DNA of 64,000 nt from a virus (taxonomy: Duplodnaviria; Caudoviricetes): the IMG/VR virus record IMGVR_UViG_3300034126_000020, positions 96,001 through 160,000 of that record. One strand, 5' to 3'. Both the position numbers and the translations under genes were made by a program. This document shows positions 9,722 through 19,975 of the stretch, piece by piece (position 1 is the first letter of the stretch; each line of letters starts with the position of its first letter). Under the pieces are notes generated by a model. It had not been told where the DNA came from and did not search any database. It saw nothing but the letters and a program-made list of their open reading frames with translations.

Positions 9722-11142
9722 TTGAATCTCCTTTTGAACACGCGCAGCAGCGTGAACAGAATCGGGAAGTAATAGAAACGTTCCAGGTTGTCCCAGTGGA
9801 TCGCATGCGTGCAGAGGTAGTCAAGCGTGGTGATGTCGATGGCTTCGCCTTTCAAGGCCGCCATGGTCAACGTCTCCAGCTTGCACAACTTCGTGTCCGG
9901 TTTGTGGAGATAGAACTCCTTACTCAGCACGTAGTAATCATCAACGGTGACGCGCTTGATCTGTGGGGATCGCTCTGGTGAGTTAACCTCATAGATTTCC
10001 AGCGTCGGGTCTAGATTTAACGTAGGCTTGAGCAACCGGTTCAGGTCACGGAAGCGTGCAGCCCCTCTGACCAACTTCTCAAGGTCAGGATCGCCGATGT
10101 AAGGGCCGTAACCGCTGTCTGCATCCGTACGCGACATGTCAGGGTAGATGACAGCCTCAACACCGGAGTAATAGATGCTGTTGAGCGTTGGACGACGGTT
10201 GAAGAAGTTGTCCACATCCACCACACCGGCCTGATGAACACTCATGGCCAGCATTGCGTGGTCCATGGTCTCCAAGCAGTTCCAGAACGTGAACTCGTAC
10301 ATCGTCTGGTCGCCCTGAACGTTGAACTCGGTCAGGTGACGCATAGCCGGATGGTCCTGAGTCGTCAGGATGGTCTTCAGGTACCGCACGAGGAACGGAT
10401 CGTAGGTGATCCGTGGGTTGTGGCTTTCGCGCTGGTTTGGCACGAGCAACGACTGAAGGTTACGGGAGAAGTGATCGTGGAAGTACAACGCGATCAAACG
10501 CTCGTAGTGTTCCTTGAGGCGGTTGACCAGTTCCGTCTGTCCCTCAGAGATCATTGGATCGTTGCCGGTGTCCAAGAACTCCTTGTGGAAGATCGTGGTT
10601 TCCTGAGCACTGAAGTTGTACAGCTTGTCGTGCAGTTCCTGATCCACAGGGCAGATGAGGCTGTACTCGATCTCGTGAACAGTTGAGGTGTAGTGCGTCA
10701 GACGGTTAGTCGACGTCACACCAAACATGCCTTCACGGCCATCGCCCATGTCACCCAGGAAGATGTCGCCTTCCTTCGGTGGAAGCACCCCATAGACGTT
10801 TGCAGCGCCTTTGAGGGTCATGTCCTTGGTGTCGCCCACCTGAGACGGGGTCAACGGCTGCGTGACCTTCAGTTCAAAGCCCTTGATGAGCTTGTACTGT
10901 TGGAAGATCGGGTGCGTGTCCCGTTCCTGCAAGCGGTTGTCATCGTCTCGGCCACGGATCAACCAGAAGTAGTCGATGGTCCACGACTGGCCTGCAATGT
11001 AGCTGGTCAGTTGGTCGAAGTGGGTTTCGCTTGTGTCGACGGTGTTGCCGATGTACGCCTTCGGTTGGACCTTGACAGGTTCATTGACAGGCTTACCGAC
11101 AACGGTGTCGATGTTAGGCATCGTTGGAACTGGCATCTTCAT
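9718..11142 (-). CDS. virion structural protein (neck/tail)
   Basis: synteny with the phiKZ gp98/gp99 block; PxxGDxF beta-barrel-like motif. Confidence 0.6.
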   Translation of the reverse strand: MKMPVPTMPNIDTVVGKPVNEPVKVQPKAYIGNTVDTSETHFDQLTSYIAGQSWTIDYFWLIRGRDDDNRLQERDTHPIFQQYKLIKGFELKVTQPLTPSQVGDTKDMTLKGAANVYGVLPPKEGDIFLGDMGDGREGMFGVTSTNRLTHYTSTVHEIEYSLICPVDQELHDKLYNFSAQETTIFHKEFLDTGNDPMISEGQTELVNRLKEHYERLIALYFHDHFSRNLQSLLVPNQRESHNPRITYDPFLVRYLKTILTTQDHPAMRHLTEFNVQGDQTMYEFTFWNCLETMDHAMLAMSVHQAGVVDVDNFFNRRPTLNSIYYSGVEAVIYPDMSRTDADSGYGPYIGDPDLEKLVRGAARFRDLNRLLKPTLNLDPTLEIYEVNSPERSPQIKRVTVDDYYVLSKEFYLHKPDTKLCKLETLTMAALKGEAIDITTLDYLCTHAIHWDNLERFYYFPILFTLLRVFKRRFK

Positions 11143-12775
11143 TCACCCTGTTACGGTTTCCAGCAATGACCGTCAGATACATCACGTAAGGGACGTCTAG
11201 ACGGAAGCCGAAGTTGTCATCATTGTCATACCAGCTCTCGCTAGGATGACGATCGTTGTTGTTACTACCGCCCGGAGTCGGATTGGCATTCTCAGAACCG
11301 ACACGCTGATCTTGCAGGAAGCCGAAGAACCGCTTGATGTACGAGATGCTGAGTTTGCCATCTTCGGTCATGTGGTTGAGTTGAGCGTCTTCCACGTCCA
11401 GACGATTCACAGCGGTCTGGAATAGGCGCAGGGTGTTGTAACCCTCTTCGTGCATTCCCATCAGAGCCGCTTCGGTGTACTTGGCCAGCTCTGTACAGAA
11501 CGCCATGCGAACATGGTAGGTCTGACGAAGGTCAGCAGGCGTCTTGCAACGGATCTCGAACGCTTTGTCCGTGACCGTCACTTCCATGTCACCGTCGTCA
11601 ATGAACTCATCACCACGGAACAAACTGAAGTGGATCGGACTACGGCCCAACGTGGCCATCTTGTTACCCTGGCGCTGCATCCACGCAACGAACTCAGGCA
11701 AGAACCCCACGTCAAGGATGTCCTTCTCCGACAAGACCAGCGTCAAGTCCTTCGGTTCGATCACTGTCATCCAGTTGATGAACGACGTGGTGTACGGCAT
11801 GACCGATTTCGGAATCCACTCATCGAAGTCAGGGATCATGATCCCGCCGATAGGCTTCTTCGGAATGCGTGCGAGGTAGTCGAAGTGATCCAGTGCAAAC
11901 CGGTAGTCACTCTTGTAGCTCGGCAACATCATCGGGTCTTCGGTCTTCGCTTTGACGACGAGGAAGTCAGGCTTGATGAGTTGGTTATGCACGATCTGCG
12001 GATACAGGACGTTCAGCTCAACAGGTTTCAGGTAACTGAACTTGTAGTTGAACTGCACGGTGTAACTTGGGCCGTCTTCTTGCTTTTCTTCTTCCACTGG
12101 CAGGTCGAAATCGAACCAGCCTTGGATACCGATCTGCGTCTCACCGATAACCAGCAGGGTGACGTTCTCATTGCCCGCTTGGTTGGTCAGAACCTTGGCC
12201 CGCTTGGTGTAATAACGACGCAGGTAAGGACCCAGGTCTTCACCGTAACCGGCGACCTTCTCACGCAACTCGTGCATGTGCATCAGCAACCCAGCACAGA
12301 AGTCTGGAACCGCGAAGAAGTACTCCGCTTGGTGCAAGTGCGATTGACGGTTGTCTGCCATGCGGACTTTGATGTCGTCCCGCCACACAGCCGCTTCTTG
12401 TTTCGACTTGGCCCGGTAAGTGAAGTTCAGCTCCATCTCGGTATTGCTGTAGATAGGCTTGATGTGAACCCCAATCTCAGGGTCAGCAAAAATAGGCTGG
12501 GCGTACGGGTGACGGACTTCGCTGTTGATCACCTCAGAGTCCACGTAAGTTTCACGCAGAGAGACAATCACACGCCCGTCATGTTGCCAGCGGTTGATGA
12601 GTTTGGTGTCACCCAGTTCAGTACCGGGTTGTGCAGCCACCCCTGAATCACCCCTGATCTCAATGCGAGTTTCGGGGATACGGGAGATGCGCACGACGTT
12701 ATCAATCACTGACTTGGCCACACGGCGTGTGACGGTATCGTAAGTGTTTGGCAACGGGATAAGTAGGTTAGGCAT
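11114..12775 (-). CDS. virion structural protein (neck/tail terminator-like)
   Basis: 553 aa; synteny. Confidence 0.6.
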   Translation of the reverse strand: MPNLLIPLPNTYDTVTRRVAKSVIDNVVRISRIPETRIEIRGDSGVAAQPGTELGDTKLINRWQHDGRVIVSLRETYVDSEVINSEVRHPYAQPIFADPEIGVHIKPIYSNTEMELNFTYRAKSKQEAAVWRDDIKVRMADNRQSHLHQAEYFFAVPDFCAGLLMHMHELREKVAGYGEDLGPYLRRYYTKRAKVLTNQAGNENVTLLVIGETQIGIQGWFDFDLPVEEEKQEDGPSYTVQFNYKFSYLKPVELNVLYPQIVHNQLIKPDFLVVKAKTEDPMMLPSYKSDYRFALDHFDYLARIPKKPIGGIMIPDFDEWIPKSVMPYTTSFINWMTVIEPKDLTLVLSEKDILDVGFLPEFVAWMQRQGNKMATLGRSPIHFSLFRGDEFIDDGDMEVTVTDKAFEIRCKTPADLRQTYHVRMAFCTELAKYTEAALMGMHEEGYNTLRLFQTAVNRLDVEDAQLNHMTEDGKLSISYIKRFFGFLQDQRVGSENANPTPGGSNNNDRHPSESWYDNDDNFGFRLDVPYVMYLTVIAGNRNRVNEDASSNDA

Positions 12776-12821
12776 GGGGGCTCCCCCGGGTGAATGATCT
12801 TTGACATAAAATCAGTCGATT

Positions 12822-12851
12822 CGGCATAAGGGGAGAGCCGAAGCCCTCCCC
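12822..12851 (-). terminator. UUCG hairpin followed by TTATGCCG
   Basis: hairpin directly after the stop at 12858. Confidence 0.65.
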
Positions 12852-12857
12852 CAGTCA

Positions 12858-14282
12858 TCAGCGGTTGACAGCCACGTAGGCTTTCATCTGCTCTTCCAGC
12901 ACGTACAGCAGGCCATCGGCGTAGCGGTACATTGGAGCGCGCAGAGTCAGCGTGTGGTAGTACGCCTTGTCGAGGAACATGAACATCGCGGTGCAACCCA
13001 CGTCCAGAGCACGCCACAGCTCGTTGTTCATGTGCGGGAATTCCATCGACACGATCATGGTGTACAGACGGTTGTACACTTTGTTCGCTTGCTGCCATGC
13101 ACCGGCCAGTTCGTCGTAGTAGGTGTTGTCAGCCAGACCCGAGTCGTCGAGGATCGAACCCACGGCATCCAGGATCACCTGAAGCTGAGGGATGTCGTAG
13201 ACAGTGCTCGGAACCGAACCCACTTGACGGTACTTCACAAACGCTTGGTTCATGTCGACCAGACGCACCAGTTCCATGATCCATTCAGCATCACGGTAGT
13301 TGGTACGATACTGCTTGGACGGGTCCATGAACGTCATGCCGCCCACGATCTCACGTTCACGTACGTTCGCCTGAGCGAAGTAGGTGTCGATCGGCAGAGG
13401 CTGGGTGACGGTCTTGAAGATGTTGCGCATCTTCTCTTCAGCAGCGATTTCGTCACGGGCAACCAACACGTCAGCGATCACGTCACCGATAGCATCGGAA
13501 CGGGTGATGGCGTCTTTGTACAGGTTCTCGTTGGCGAACTTCATCAGGTCAGACGCTTCTTTGATAGCGGCCGACATGGTGGATTCTTCGAACGGTACGA
13601 ACGCACCATCGCGGTACGCAGCGAACAACGCTTTCGGGTTGTAACGCATTTGCTTGTTCGGAATGCCGTAGTCAGGACCGATGCCCTGAATGCGCTTCTG
13701 AACAGCTTCAGCACGGTCCATCAACGATTGACGGTTCACGAAGCTACGACGCTGGTTGATCGCCATGTTCTGGAACTTCTCGGCGACCCACTTCTTGATG
13801 GACAGCAGGGCTTTCTTCACCCAGTCCACCAGGCCTTCCATGGAAGCCGTGGTGATCACGTTGTCAGCCGACATCAACACAGGGGCTTCGTCACCGATGC
13901 CGTACTGGGAGTTGATGTTGCCGATGGCGCTGTTGGCTGCTGCCAGAGCGGTGTCATCAATGCTTTCCATCGAAGCGATGGTAGCCAGCATTTCCATGGA
14001 AGCCATGGTACCGCCGACCATTTCCTTGATCTCGTTGATCGAGCCACGCAGTTCAGCGTGTTCCATCTCGTTCTGATCCAGGAAGTCACGGCAGCTCTCG
14101 GACAGATAGTCCGGGTCCTTGTAACGCTCGTCTTTCATGTGCTCAACGACGTCAGCAGCGATCTGCTCGGACGTGATGAGTGGCAGGCCTTCGACAGGAC
14201 CTTGATCGTCGGTATTGGTGGCGACGGGTTGAGTCACACCGGCCAACGAATCGGCAAGCAGGGATTCCAAACTGGCTTTCAT
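12858..14282 (-). CDS. internal head/ejection protein (phiKZ gp93-97 family)
   Basis: acidic propeptide with several ASME/ASLE prohead-protease motifs, then an amphipathic GLVDWVKK helix. Confidence 0.75.
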   Translation of the reverse strand: MKASLESLLADSLAGVTQPVATNTDDQGPVEGLPLITSEQIAADVVEHMKDERYKDPDYLSESCRDFLDQNEMEHAELRGSINEIKEMVGGTMASMEMLATIASMESIDDTALAAANSAIGNINSQYGIGDEAPVLMSADNVITTASMEGLVDWVKKALLSIKKWVAEKFQNMAINQRRSFVNRQSLMDRAEAVQKRIQGIGPDYGIPNKQMRYNPKALFAAYRDGAFVPFEESTMSAAIKEASDLMKFANENLYKDAITRSDAIGDVIADVLVARDEIAAEEKMRNIFKTVTQPLPIDTYFAQANVREREIVGGMTFMDPSKQYRTNYRDAEWIMELVRLVDMNQAFVKYRQVGSVPSTVYDIPQLQVILDAVGSILDDSGLADNTYYDELAGAWQQANKVYNRLYTMIVSMEFPHMNNELWRALDVGCTAMFMFLDKAYYHTLTLRAPMYRYADGLLYVLEEQMKAYVAVNR

Positions 14283-14291
14283 GTCAGTTCC

Positions 14292-15557
14292 TTATTGAGC
14301 AGACAGAGACTTGCGACCGTAGGTCAGCAGGTTACGGGAAACAGTCAACAGGTTCGTGGTCATTTGATCCACGGGGCCAAGTGCCCAACCTGCGTAGTTG
14401 CGTACGAAACGAAGCACGCTTTCATCAGTACCACCGCCGTCATTAGTAGACGCAGTAGCTTGATAACGCTCACCAGCACGCAGCACGTTCTTGATCTGGC
14501 TTTCGATACGGTTGAAACCAATCGACCGTTCTTGGCTATCAATGACATCCAGGATCTCGACCACGCGCTTGGCAAGGATCTCGACCTGCATCCCGCTGGC
14601 CGCTTTCACGGAACCGGAGATGATGGCGCTGGAGTTGACACTGGTCAGGGCAAACTTCACGCCGGTGGTTCGCACAGCTTGTGCAAAGCCCAACGAGTTA
14701 GTGGCAGCCAAGCCACGTTGCTCAGGTTCCAGGGTCAGGAAGAACAACGACCACCCACCGATGATCGGAGGGGCCGACAGGGTCAAGCGACGACCAAAGC
14801 GAGCGTCACGGTACACCATGGCTTTCATCTTGGACGCAATCTGATCCACAGGCATTGTGGAGAACAGGTTGGACACCTCGTTCAACTTCTGAGGACCACC
14901 ACTGCCTTCGGTGAGCATGCGTTCAAACTGCTTACCGATTTCCAACATGCCAGGACCGTACGCATCCGTGAAGATCTTGTACTGCTCAAGTGCAGCACTG
15001 ATAGCCCGGATGATAGCGTCAGGATCGGACAGGACGTTACCGCCTACGATCAACGACTTGATCTCAAGGCCCAGATCAATGTTGGGTTTACGTACAGTGC
15101 CATAGCGACGCACAGCAGCGTGTTTGGCAAGGTGTTGAGCCGAGATGCGCAGACGGCCACGGTAAGAGGCGATCTTGTCCCAGAAGCCCTTGAGGGACCT
15201 CAGGAGAGACAGGATGGCACCTACCAAGCGCTTCCACAGTTCCTTGAGACGATCCTTGAGCGATTCCGTGGAGACGGTACCGTTCTCATGACCTTCAAGC
15301 TCGGGGATGATGTCAGCGACTGTCAGGCCGATGTTACCGATGAGGTTTTCGAAGCTGACAGTAATGGAGGCCTTGTGGCCCGGTGTAACAACTTCATGGC
15401 TACCCAGATGCTGGATCAGGGCTTCCAAAGAGTCGGTGGCATTGAGCAGTGATTCGAGTTGGGCTTTCCCTTGAGTGAGACTGCGCTCTGCCTCAAGGAC
15501 GTCTACGAACCCCTCACTCTCGTTGCCCGCAATTGCTGGCAGTTCTTCATCAGACAT
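14292..15557 (-). CDS. internal head/ejection protein (gp93-97 family)
   Basis: VSTES followed by LKDRLKELWKRL; paralogous pattern. Confidence 0.75.
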   Translation of the reverse strand: MSDEELPAIAGNESEGFVDVLEAERSLTQGKAQLESLLNATDSLEALIQHLGSHEVVTPGHKASITVSFENLIGNIGLTVADIIPELEGHENGTVSTESLKDRLKELWKRLVGAILSLLRSLKGFWDKIASYRGRLRISAQHLAKHAAVRRYGTVRKPNIDLGLEIKSLIVGGNVLSDPDAIIRAISAALEQYKIFTDAYGPGMLEIGKQFERMLTEGSGGPQKLNEVSNLFSTMPVDQIASKMKAMVYRDARFGRRLTLSAPPIIGGWSLFFLTLEPEQRGLAATNSLGFAQAVRTTGVKFALTSVNSSAIISGSVKAASGMQVEILAKRVVEILDVIDSQERSIGFNRIESQIKNVLRAGERYQATASTNDGGGTDESVLRFVRNYAGWALGPVDQMTTNLLTVSRNLLTYGRKSLSAQ

Positions 15558-15669
15558 GACAAATGCTCGTTAAGGATGGAGGAGGACAATTCACCATAGA
15601 ATTCGTTCAAACGGAATAAAAGATGTCCACCCAGCCGTAGCCAGATGGACATCTCTAACCAAACGCTAC

Positions 15670-16974
15670 TTAGGCTGCTGGAGCAGCGGCCGCAGCGGCG
15701 GCGTCTTTCTTGGCCGCTTTACCGTATTGGGCCAGTACTTTGGCGCCGAACGATGCGGAGGCTTTGGCAGCGCTGCCCATGAAGGACAGATACTGGTGCG
15801 AGCAACCAGTGGTCAGACGGGCGGCTTTGTTCAGCTTGGCCAGAACGGCTTTGGCGGAACCAGCTTCGGTCTTGTCCAGGGTATCGCCTTTGGCAACCAG
15901 GCTGTTACCGGCCTTGACTGCGTCGTTGATACCTTTCTCGGCCATGCCAGCAACGGCTTTGGACGCGATGATCAGCTTGCCCATGTTGACGATCTGATCG
16001 GCCAGCTTGCCGATTTCGTCGACGGATGGCAGGTCGAATTCAGCTTCGCTGACTTTGGCCGACTTGTCTTGCGACAGTTTCAGGCTGGCTTCGGCCAAGC
16101 CGTCCAGACCTTCTTTGTTGCCGACGGTCAGGTCGAAGTAGTAGCCGCCAGGCAGCTTGCCCTTCATGTCTTCGGTCAGGCAGGCTTCGACGTTGATCGA
16201 ACCAGCGACTGCTTTCAGACGGTCAGGATGAACTTCACCTTTCTGGATTGCCTGGTACAGCGGGTTCAGCGCGGCCAGGATCTTGCTGGTGTAGTTCTTC
16301 ACGCCGACGTCGTAGCCATGGTTGATGGCCGACAGGGCTTGAGCAGGAACGGCTTTACCGCCGACTACCAGGAAGTTCAGAGCCATGCCCATGCTGATCT
16401 TGGCAACCGAAGGATTTTGGCCTTTGGCAGCAGCAGCGCGTTGCTTCAGCGACTGACCAGCAGCAACTACGGCAGGACCGGATTTGCCCATGGTGGCGAA
16501 GAAGTTCTTCACGGCAGCCCAAGCGCCTTGAACGGCGTTCTTGATGGCTTCCCAGATTTTGCTCAGCAGGGCTTTCGCGCCTTCCAGAGCTTCCATCGAG
16601 GCTTGCAGCTTGTCGCCGGTACCGCCGAAGGATTCGGTGGAAACGGTGAATTCAGAAGCGTCGATCGGCAGGCGGCGAGTGGCGATTGCCAGAGCGCGAC
16701 CGTGAACGTCAGCAGCCTGTGGGCTCATACCGCCGTCGGCGATAGCGCTTTCCAGGGAAGCGATCAGGCTTTCCATGCTGTCGGCAGCTTGCGACAGTTC
16801 TTCAACAGCTTCGTCGTGCTCTTCGACGATGGCGGAATCACCACGGGCTTCTTCCAGAACCTCGTCAACTGCGACGATGGTTTCTTCGGTTACCGGGTTG
16901 ATTTCTTGGCTGGCATTAGGGTCAATGCCTTCCATGGAGACGTTCAGAGCACTGTGCAGAATCGAGTTACGCAT
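15670..16974 (-). CDS. internal head/ejection protein (gp93-97 family)
   Basis: VSMEG, VSTES and ASMEA motifs, then LLSKIWEAIK; start at MRNS behind a GGAG RBS. Confidence 0.75.
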   Translation of the reverse strand: MRNSILHSALNVSMEGIDPNASQEINPVTEETIVAVDEVLEEARGDSAIVEEHDEAVEELSQAADSMESLIASLESAIADGGMSPQAADVHGRALAIATRRLPIDASEFTVSTESFGGTGDKLQASMEALEGAKALLSKIWEAIKNAVQGAWAAVKNFFATMGKSGPAVVAAGQSLKQRAAAAKGQNPSVAKISMGMALNFLVVGGKAVPAQALSAINHGYDVGVKNYTSKILAALNPLYQAIQKGEVHPDRLKAVAGSINVEACLTEDMKGKLPGGYYFDLTVGNKEGLDGLAEASLKLSQDKSAKVSEAEFDLPSVDEIGKLADQIVNMGKLIIASKAVAGMAEKGINDAVKAGNSLVAKGDTLDKTEAGSAKAVLAKLNKAARLTTGCSHQYLSFMGSAAKASASFGAKVLAQYGKAAKKDAAAAAAAPAA

Positions 16975-17118
16975 GAGTATAAAACTCCGTGTTTGCAAAC
17001 AGAAGGAATGAGACGCAGACGGAGCCTAGGACAGTTCCGCATCTCTGCACACAATAGGTGCTTTTTGACAACGATGCGGCTTACACCGCATCATCGTGAT
17101 TGTGCCAGCTTTAGGGCA

Positions 17119-17646
17119 TCAGCTCGGAGGACGACCTTCGGTCTGATGGTACCAGCCGCTAGGCAGGCTACCGCCGATCAAGTTCAAAGACATGACCAGG
17201 TCGGTGAGGCCGTCTTCTTGAGACAGCCAACGGGAAAGGATCGTGCTCGCATCGGCATCGAAGGCCCAGCCCAGGTTCTGTTCACGGATGATAGCTTTCG
17301 CATCAACCGCAACCACGTCCTTAGGATGGAACAACATCAGATCCCGGTAGTTCTCCAAGGAGAGCTTACGAGCATTACCGGAAAGGAACGCCAGGGTCGA
17401 CACGGTGAAGTTGAACACCCAGTGGGAGCACGGAGTATTCAGCTGTCTGGTCAGGATGAACCGGCCATCACGGTCGAACAGGATTTGCTTGGCGGCTTTC
17501 AACACATCTTGCACATAACCGAAGTCTTCGGCGAAGTGGTTGTTGGTCTCCATATGATGATAGATCGTATCGATCACAGGGAGATCAACGTAACCAGTCT
17601 GCGCACCAGTGCTCAGCGTGAAGCCGCGATGAGTGGTCAGGCTCAT
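17119..17646 (-). CDS. head-associated protein (gp91-like position)
   Basis: synteny; ATGA overlap. Confidence 0.6.
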   Translation of the reverse strand: MSLTTHRGFTLSTGAQTGYVDLPVIDTIYHHMETNNHFAEDFGYVQDVLKAAKQILFDRDGRFILTRQLNTPCSHWVFNFTVSTLAFLSGNARKLSLENYRDLMLFHPKDVVAVDAKAIIREQNLGWAFDADASTILSRWLSQEDGLTDLVMSLNLIGGSLPSGWYHQTEGRPPS

Positions 17647-18530
17647 GCGTACTTCGCCTCCATCTTCATGATCTTCTCGGAAGTCTGGTTGAGGTAACCC
17701 TCATACTTCGAGATGGTCCGCTCCAGCTGCGCATCGTTCTTGCCGTCGTTTTGCAGACGCAATTGTTCGAGACGCAGTTGAATGGAACGGGCATCTTCTT
17801 TCAGACGCTCGTAGCGGGCCACCTGGAGGGTCGAGTACCAGATGCCGATGGACAGCGCGATGCTGGAGATACCCGGGATGAAGTTGTTCTTCAACGGGTC
17901 CAGCTTCATGAAGCCCACCTGAGGAGCGATGATCTTGTCATCGTCTTCGCCAACCACGATGTCCGGAATGGACTCGATCAGCGAAGCAATCTCACGGCTT
18001 GGTTTCGAGAAGGTCGTCAGCAATGTGAAGAACGCCAGTTGGTTGCTCTTCAGCCACGCCAGTTCAGGACGTGGACGCTCAGCGCCTTCAGGGTGTTCTT
18101 TCGACGTCACCGAGGCTTCAGCCACCAGCAGGTAGTGCAGCAACTGCATCGAATACGTGACCACGAAGTCCATGTACCCGATTGTGCGCAGCAGCTCAGC
18201 CCGGCGGTAGGTGATACCTTCCACGACGATGTCCTTGCCGTAGCTCTTCTCAGCGATGGCCGAGAGCAGCTCCAGGGTCACCGACATGCTCGTCAGGACT
18301 TGACGGATGTAGGCAATCGGGGTCATGCGTGGGGGCAGACGAACACTCTTGCCCAAGTCCAGTTCAAACTGCTTACCGGCCTTGGACTTGAAGACACTCA
18401 GCGTGCCCTCAGCGTTCATGTGGGTTTCGAGAGCTTTCTGCATGGCTTGAGAAAGGATTCTCAGCTTCTCTTTCAATTCATCCTTCGTGAAGGACGCCAC
18501 CATACGGTGAAGGAAATCAAGGATACGCAT
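17643..18530 (-). CDS. inner head protein (gp90-like)
   Basis: 295 aa, helical, C-terminal coiled coil; synteny. Confidence 0.65.
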   Translation of the reverse strand: MRILDFLHRMVASFTKDELKEKLRILSQAMQKALETHMNAEGTLSVFKSKAGKQFELDLGKSVRLPPRMTPIAYIRQVLTSMSVTLELLSAIAEKSYGKDIVVEGITYRRAELLRTIGYMDFVVTYSMQLLHYLLVAEASVTSKEHPEGAERPRPELAWLKSNQLAFFTLLTTFSKPSREIASLIESIPDIVVGEDDDKIIAPQVGFMKLDPLKNNFIPGISSIALSIGIWYSTLQVARYERLKEDARSIQLRLEQLRLQNDGKNDAQLERTISKYEGYLNQTSEKIMKMEAKYA

Positions 18531-18558
18531 TGCAGTCTTCCTTTAAACGGGCTGGGGA

Positions 18559-19962
18559 TCAGATACGGCCTGGTGCTTTGCCGAGCTGGTAAGATTTCAG
18601 GATGTCCATCAGCTCTTTGCTGTCAGACTTGCCTGCCGACTTGATGTCGTTCTTGGTCAGCTTGGAAGGCATTTCGATACCGCGGGTGTAGATGGTGACC
18701 GATTCCCAATCCGGGTCCACTACGATCATCAGCATCGAGTAGGTGTGACCGAAGATGCCTTGACGGGTCTTGAAGTTGCTCAGTTGGCCACCGATACGGC
18801 GTTCCAACTCGCCAGCAGTCTTCACGTCCAACACGAGGATGGCAGATGCAGTGCCCAGCGAAGGACCACCAGCCATGGCTTGTGCAGCGGAGTTCTTGGC
18901 AGCGCGAGCGTAGACGGTCTTGTAGTAGCCAGTCTCGTCTTTCATCATCGCGGCGCGGTGAGCATCCACACGGTCCATTTGCAGAACGAAGTCAGACCAG
19001 AAGCCCACTTCGCCAGCACGCCAAGCTCTCCAGCGGCTACGGAAGGTGACATCGGTACCACCGACGGCCAGAGTCTGGGTCATGACGTCGGACGGCATGG
19101 CGGCCACACGGAGGCGGATGGTGACAGGGACTACGGCGTCTTTGCCGTCTTCGCTGATGGTCACATCAATGACGTTACCGACGGCGAGGTTGTTAACCTT
19201 CTCGACGTACTTGGCAGCGTTCTGAACACCCGTGCCATTCTTGGCCAGGCGCTTGCGCTCTTCTTCTTCAGCGCGTTTGGTTGCAGCAGAAGCGGCAGCA
19301 GCATCAGCGGCTTCAGCTTTCTTCTGACCATAAGCAGAAGCGTTCGCACCGGCCTTGACGTCTTCGCCGTCATCCAGCAGGTCAGCGGTCACGTTGGCAG
19401 CAACCATGTCACCGTTGCTGATCGCTTCCATCGCTACTTGATGTTGTTCGGCCAGGATCTCGTCGATGAACGGCAGACCGAAGTCAGCCATCGATGCGGC
19501 GAAGGATTCCATGGATGGCGATTCGGCAAACATGGTCAGTGTGGCGTCAGCCAAGTCGCGGTCAGTGGCGAACTTGTCCAGACGACGACCTACCGATACA
19601 CCGTTGATTTTGGTGTCGAGAGAAACCGCCAGCAACCAGTAACCCGTGAACATGTTGTACGCAGTATGGACCACGTCTTGAATGAACGGGATCTGGACTG
19701 CACGCTTGTCCATCAGCAAGATGGGCTCAACACGCGCAGATTGTGTGAAGCGAACCAAGTCGCCTTCCTTGCTACCGGCCAGTACGCTCTTGGCAGTCTC
19801 GATGACTTTGCCAGCAGCTTTCTCGCTGATTTTGCTTGAGATGGCGGCGACGACTTGAGGGGTGTACTTGGCCAGAAGGCCGATGCCCGTAGTAACCAAT
19901 AGGGCAGTGCCAGCGAACTCTTGCGAGACGTTGTACTGCGTGAGTTTTTTGTCCATGAACAT
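18559..19962 (-). CDS. inner head protein (gp89-like)
   Basis: SMES and AMEA cleavage motifs; synteny. Confidence 0.65.
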   Translation of the reverse strand: MFMDKKLTQYNVSQEFAGTALLVTTGIGLLAKYTPQVVAAISSKISEKAAGKVIETAKSVLAGSKEGDLVRFTQSARVEPILLMDKRAVQIPFIQDVVHTAYNMFTGYWLLAVSLDTKINGVSVGRRLDKFATDRDLADATLTMFAESPSMESFAASMADFGLPFIDEILAEQHQVAMEAISNGDMVAANVTADLLDDGEDVKAGANASAYGQKKAEAADAAAASAATKRAEEEERKRLAKNGTGVQNAAKYVEKVNNLAVGNVIDVTISEDGKDAVVPVTIRLRVAAMPSDVMTQTLAVGGTDVTFRSRWRAWRAGEVGFWSDFVLQMDRVDAHRAAMMKDETGYYKTVYARAAKNSAAQAMAGGPSLGTASAILVLDVKTAGELERRIGGQLSNFKTRQGIFGHTYSMLMIVVDPDWESVTIYTRGIEMPSKLTKNDIKSAGKSDSKELMDILKSYQLGKAPGRI

Positions 19963-19975
19963 TTCCCTTTAAGGC

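Noticed and set aside
12954-15452. Very long plus-strand ORF (832 aa), and similar ones such as 15727..17697, 52270..54552 and 54799..56268
   Set aside because: These are antisense shadows of real minus-strand genes, caused by strong C/G-ending codon bias. They have no RBS or motifs.
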